A stretch of DNA of 26,046 nt from a virus. Its lineage: Duplodnaviria > Caudoviricetes. Positions 24,255-26,046 of this stretch are shown here, piece by piece (within the stretch, counting starts at the first letter, position 1; each line of letters begins with the position of its first letter). The position numbers were made by a program, and so were the translations under genes. The stretch spans positions 1-26,046 of the IMG/VR virus record IMGVR_UViG_3300024518_001114. One strand, written 5' to 3'. The notes beneath the pieces are model-generated. The model was not told where the DNA came from. It saw only the letters and a list, made by a program, of their open reading frames with translations, and did not search any database.

Positions 24255-25127
24255 TTATACCGAACAATGAACATCAATATATCTAGTCTTTAACTTATCT
24301 CGTTTCGGCGTTAATATAATCTTAATTAATCCTAAGTCCGTGGGATTATAGTTTCCTTCTGCGATATAACTTTGTTTACCATCCACGAATCCCCTCAGAA
24401 ATCCACCAGCCCTAATTAAATGTATTTTCTTTTGAATAAGTCTAAGCGAATGCTTTGAATCCGTTAATGCTATCCGGCTCTTAGTAGCCACAGCTTTCTT
24501 ATGGTCGTGGCCTTGTATATATAAATCCGCTTCAATTCCTTTCATTGACCGCTCTAGTTTATTTAAACTTGTCCCAACTGTCCTCCCCCCGCCTTCGCCA
24601 TGGTGGGCATATATATCTATCTTAGCTGAATGAGCCTTTGAACGTTTACTTATATTTGCGTCTTTGACTATTAATCTTATCATTGAAGCTACACCTAGAT
24701 TTCTACATTGAAAGTATTCACATATCTTATCCGTTGAAGTCATTCCACTTTGATACTGGAAGTAATGATTTCCACCTAATACTCCAATCGTTCTACCTTT
24801 TAGAAAACTAGCTGATTCGCAAAACGCTCTTACCTTTCCGTCTGATACGGTTTCTAACTCTTTTCTCGTCTGCTCATGAAAATCTGAAATCTTAACATAA
24901 TTTCTTTCCGATGATGACATATAATCTATCATATCTCCCATGAGTAAATACCAGCAATCTTTCCTATCTTTAGCCCACTCGCAAAACTCGTCCCATTTAC
25001 CTTGATGAAAATTCTCCGTCCCATAATGAACATCCCCTATCGGAATAAGATAAATAGGCTTTTGTCTCCACTCCGGTATCGTTATCTCGTATCTATGTGC
25101 TGTAAAGAATCCTTCTGTTTTCATCAC
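24255..25127 (-). CDS. Calcineurin-like metallophosphoesterase
   Basis: GDVHYG, GDMID, GGNH, HHG, GHDH metal-binding motifs. Confidence 0.88.
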   Translation of the reverse strand: MMKTEGFFTAHRYEITIPEWRQKPIYLIPIGDVHYGTENFHQGKWDEFCEWAKDRKDCWYLLMGDMIDYMSSSERNYVKISDFHEQTRKELETVSDGKVRAFCESASFLKGRTIGVLGGNHYFQYQSGMTSTDKICEYFQCRNLGVASMIRLIVKDANISKRSKAHSAKIDIYAHHGEGGGRTVGTSLNKLERSMKGIEADLYIQGHDHKKAVATKSRIALTDSKHSLRLIQKKIHLIRAGGFLRGFVDGKQSYIAEGNYNPTDLGLIKIILTPKRDKLKTRYIDVHCSV

Positions 25128-25432
25128 TCCCCCTTAGTAAGTAAATCTATTTTATTACTTCGGATGAGTTTCATCACCTCAACTCCCAGAGTGTTTATTT
25201 GACGTTCGTTCATATTCAAATCGTAGATACTTGCGATAACATGGAGACATTCGTGTAACATAACCTCAACAAATCTGCTCTCTGGCAACCCATTCTGTAT
25301 ATAAATTCTAAGATTATCAACGTCAGCTAACCCTAAAAGCTCAATCTTCTTGTTCTTTTCGTCAAAGAGTTTATCTTTATATATTATTTTAATTTTATGC
25401 CCGCCGATATTTAAGCTTCTTAACTTTCGCAT
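25124..25432 (-). CDS. Small HEXXH metallopeptidase-like protein
   Basis: VMLHECLH; start probably ATG 25432 (GGAGGAG RBS), 102 aa. Confidence 0.7.
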   Translation of the reverse strand: MRKLRSLNIGGHKIKIIYKDKLFDEKNKKIELLGLADVDNLRIYIQNGLPESRFVEVMLHECLHVIASIYDLNMNERQINTLGVEVMKLIRSNKIDLLTKGE

Positions 25433-25584
25433 TGCTCCTCCAATGCAATTACTATCTCTTTGCACATATCATTTATACTTGAATTACATCGTAATATAGT
25501 CTCCTTAACAATATCTATCTTCCTATTTCTAATAACATCCCTCTTGAACTGCCCCTCGTAATCATGTCCCATTCCACCTGACAT
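25420..25584 (-). CDS. Hypothetical protein (54 aa)
   Basis: Not in track; MSGGMGHDYEGQFKRDVIR...; GGAGG RBS. Confidence 0.55.
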   Translation of the reverse strand: MSGGMGHDYEGQFKRDVIRNRKIDIVKETILRCNSSINDMCKEIVIALEEQCES

Positions 25585-25585
25585 C

Positions 25586-25987
25586 TTACACCTCCTGTTC
25601 GATTAATTGTTTAAGATGTTTAGCTATTTCCTTTTTCTTTTGCTTATACCCTCTGAACGGCTCTTGTGATTTACGATATAACCTTAACAACCCATCCCAT
25701 GTATACCCCAATCGTTCTACAAGAAAATGAAAGGATTCATCTCGCCCATCAAATACACGCTTACTCGCATCGAATAAGCAAACTTGCATCTTGTGAGTAT
25801 CAAACCATTGATGGCACGAAAAATCTAAAACTATAGCATTGAGCGGGTCGAATCTTGTACTATAATATTTTCTACTAAAGATATGACAAGTTTGTAAAAC
25901 TTTAAATTCCCGCAGACATCTCTGGCATTGAACTTGGTTCTGTCTTTTAAGTTGGCTGAATAACCTGTCGTTAACATCTACTTTCAT
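25586..25987 (-). CDS. NinG/Rap-like HNH-fold recombination nuclease
   Basis: DRLFSQ..R, CQRC, CHIFSR...TRFDPLN...SCHQWF; the first Cys of the second pair appears replaced by Asp. Confidence 0.7.
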   Translation of the reverse strand: MKVDVNDRLFSQLKRQNQVQCQRCLREFKVLQTCHIFSRKYYSTRFDPLNAIVLDFSCHQWFDTHKMQVCLFDASKRVFDGRDESFHFLVERLGYTWDGLLRLYRKSQEPFRGYKQKKKEIAKHLKQLIEQEV

Positions 25988-26046
25988 TTCTTACTCTCCA
26001 TCCAAAAAATTAAACATAATAATAAAGTTATAGCCCAGAACTCTAG

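Noticed and set aside
465-25202. All plus-strand ORFs in the track (e.g. 9976-10410, 12712-13059, 13412-13780, 16013-16387, 18983-19312)
   Set aside because: Antisense shadows of well-supported minus-strand genes; no recognisable motifs
1-26046. CRISPR array, integrase, transposase, lysis genes, DGR
   Set aside because: No regularly spaced repeat-spacer array or diagnostic motifs seen; such genes may lie outside the window

Overview
A 26 kb piece of an AT-rich tailed-phage (podovirus-like Caudoviricetes) genome; every credible gene lies on the minus strand. Read in transcription order (right to left) it contains: an accessory region (NinG-like nuclease, HEXXH protein, calcineurin-like phosphoesterase, many small ORFs, three adjacent structured RNA-like elements including a tRNA-like one); a putative late promoter with a long hairpin; terminase small and large subunits; a GroES-like co-chaperonin; portal; a DUF2292-like/attenuator-like region; scaffold; capsid genes; and a tail/ejection module. 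The most unusual feature is that five genes of the virion module, including the predicted tail nozzle and the LamG tail fibre, begin with Sec/SPase I-type signal peptides, and the same gene run encodes an O-antigen-ligase/O-oligosaccharyltransferase-family membrane enzyme. One inference is a phage that exports, and possibly glycosylates, its distal virion proteins outside the cytoplasm. All family calls come from motif recognition by eye; no searches or predictors were run.
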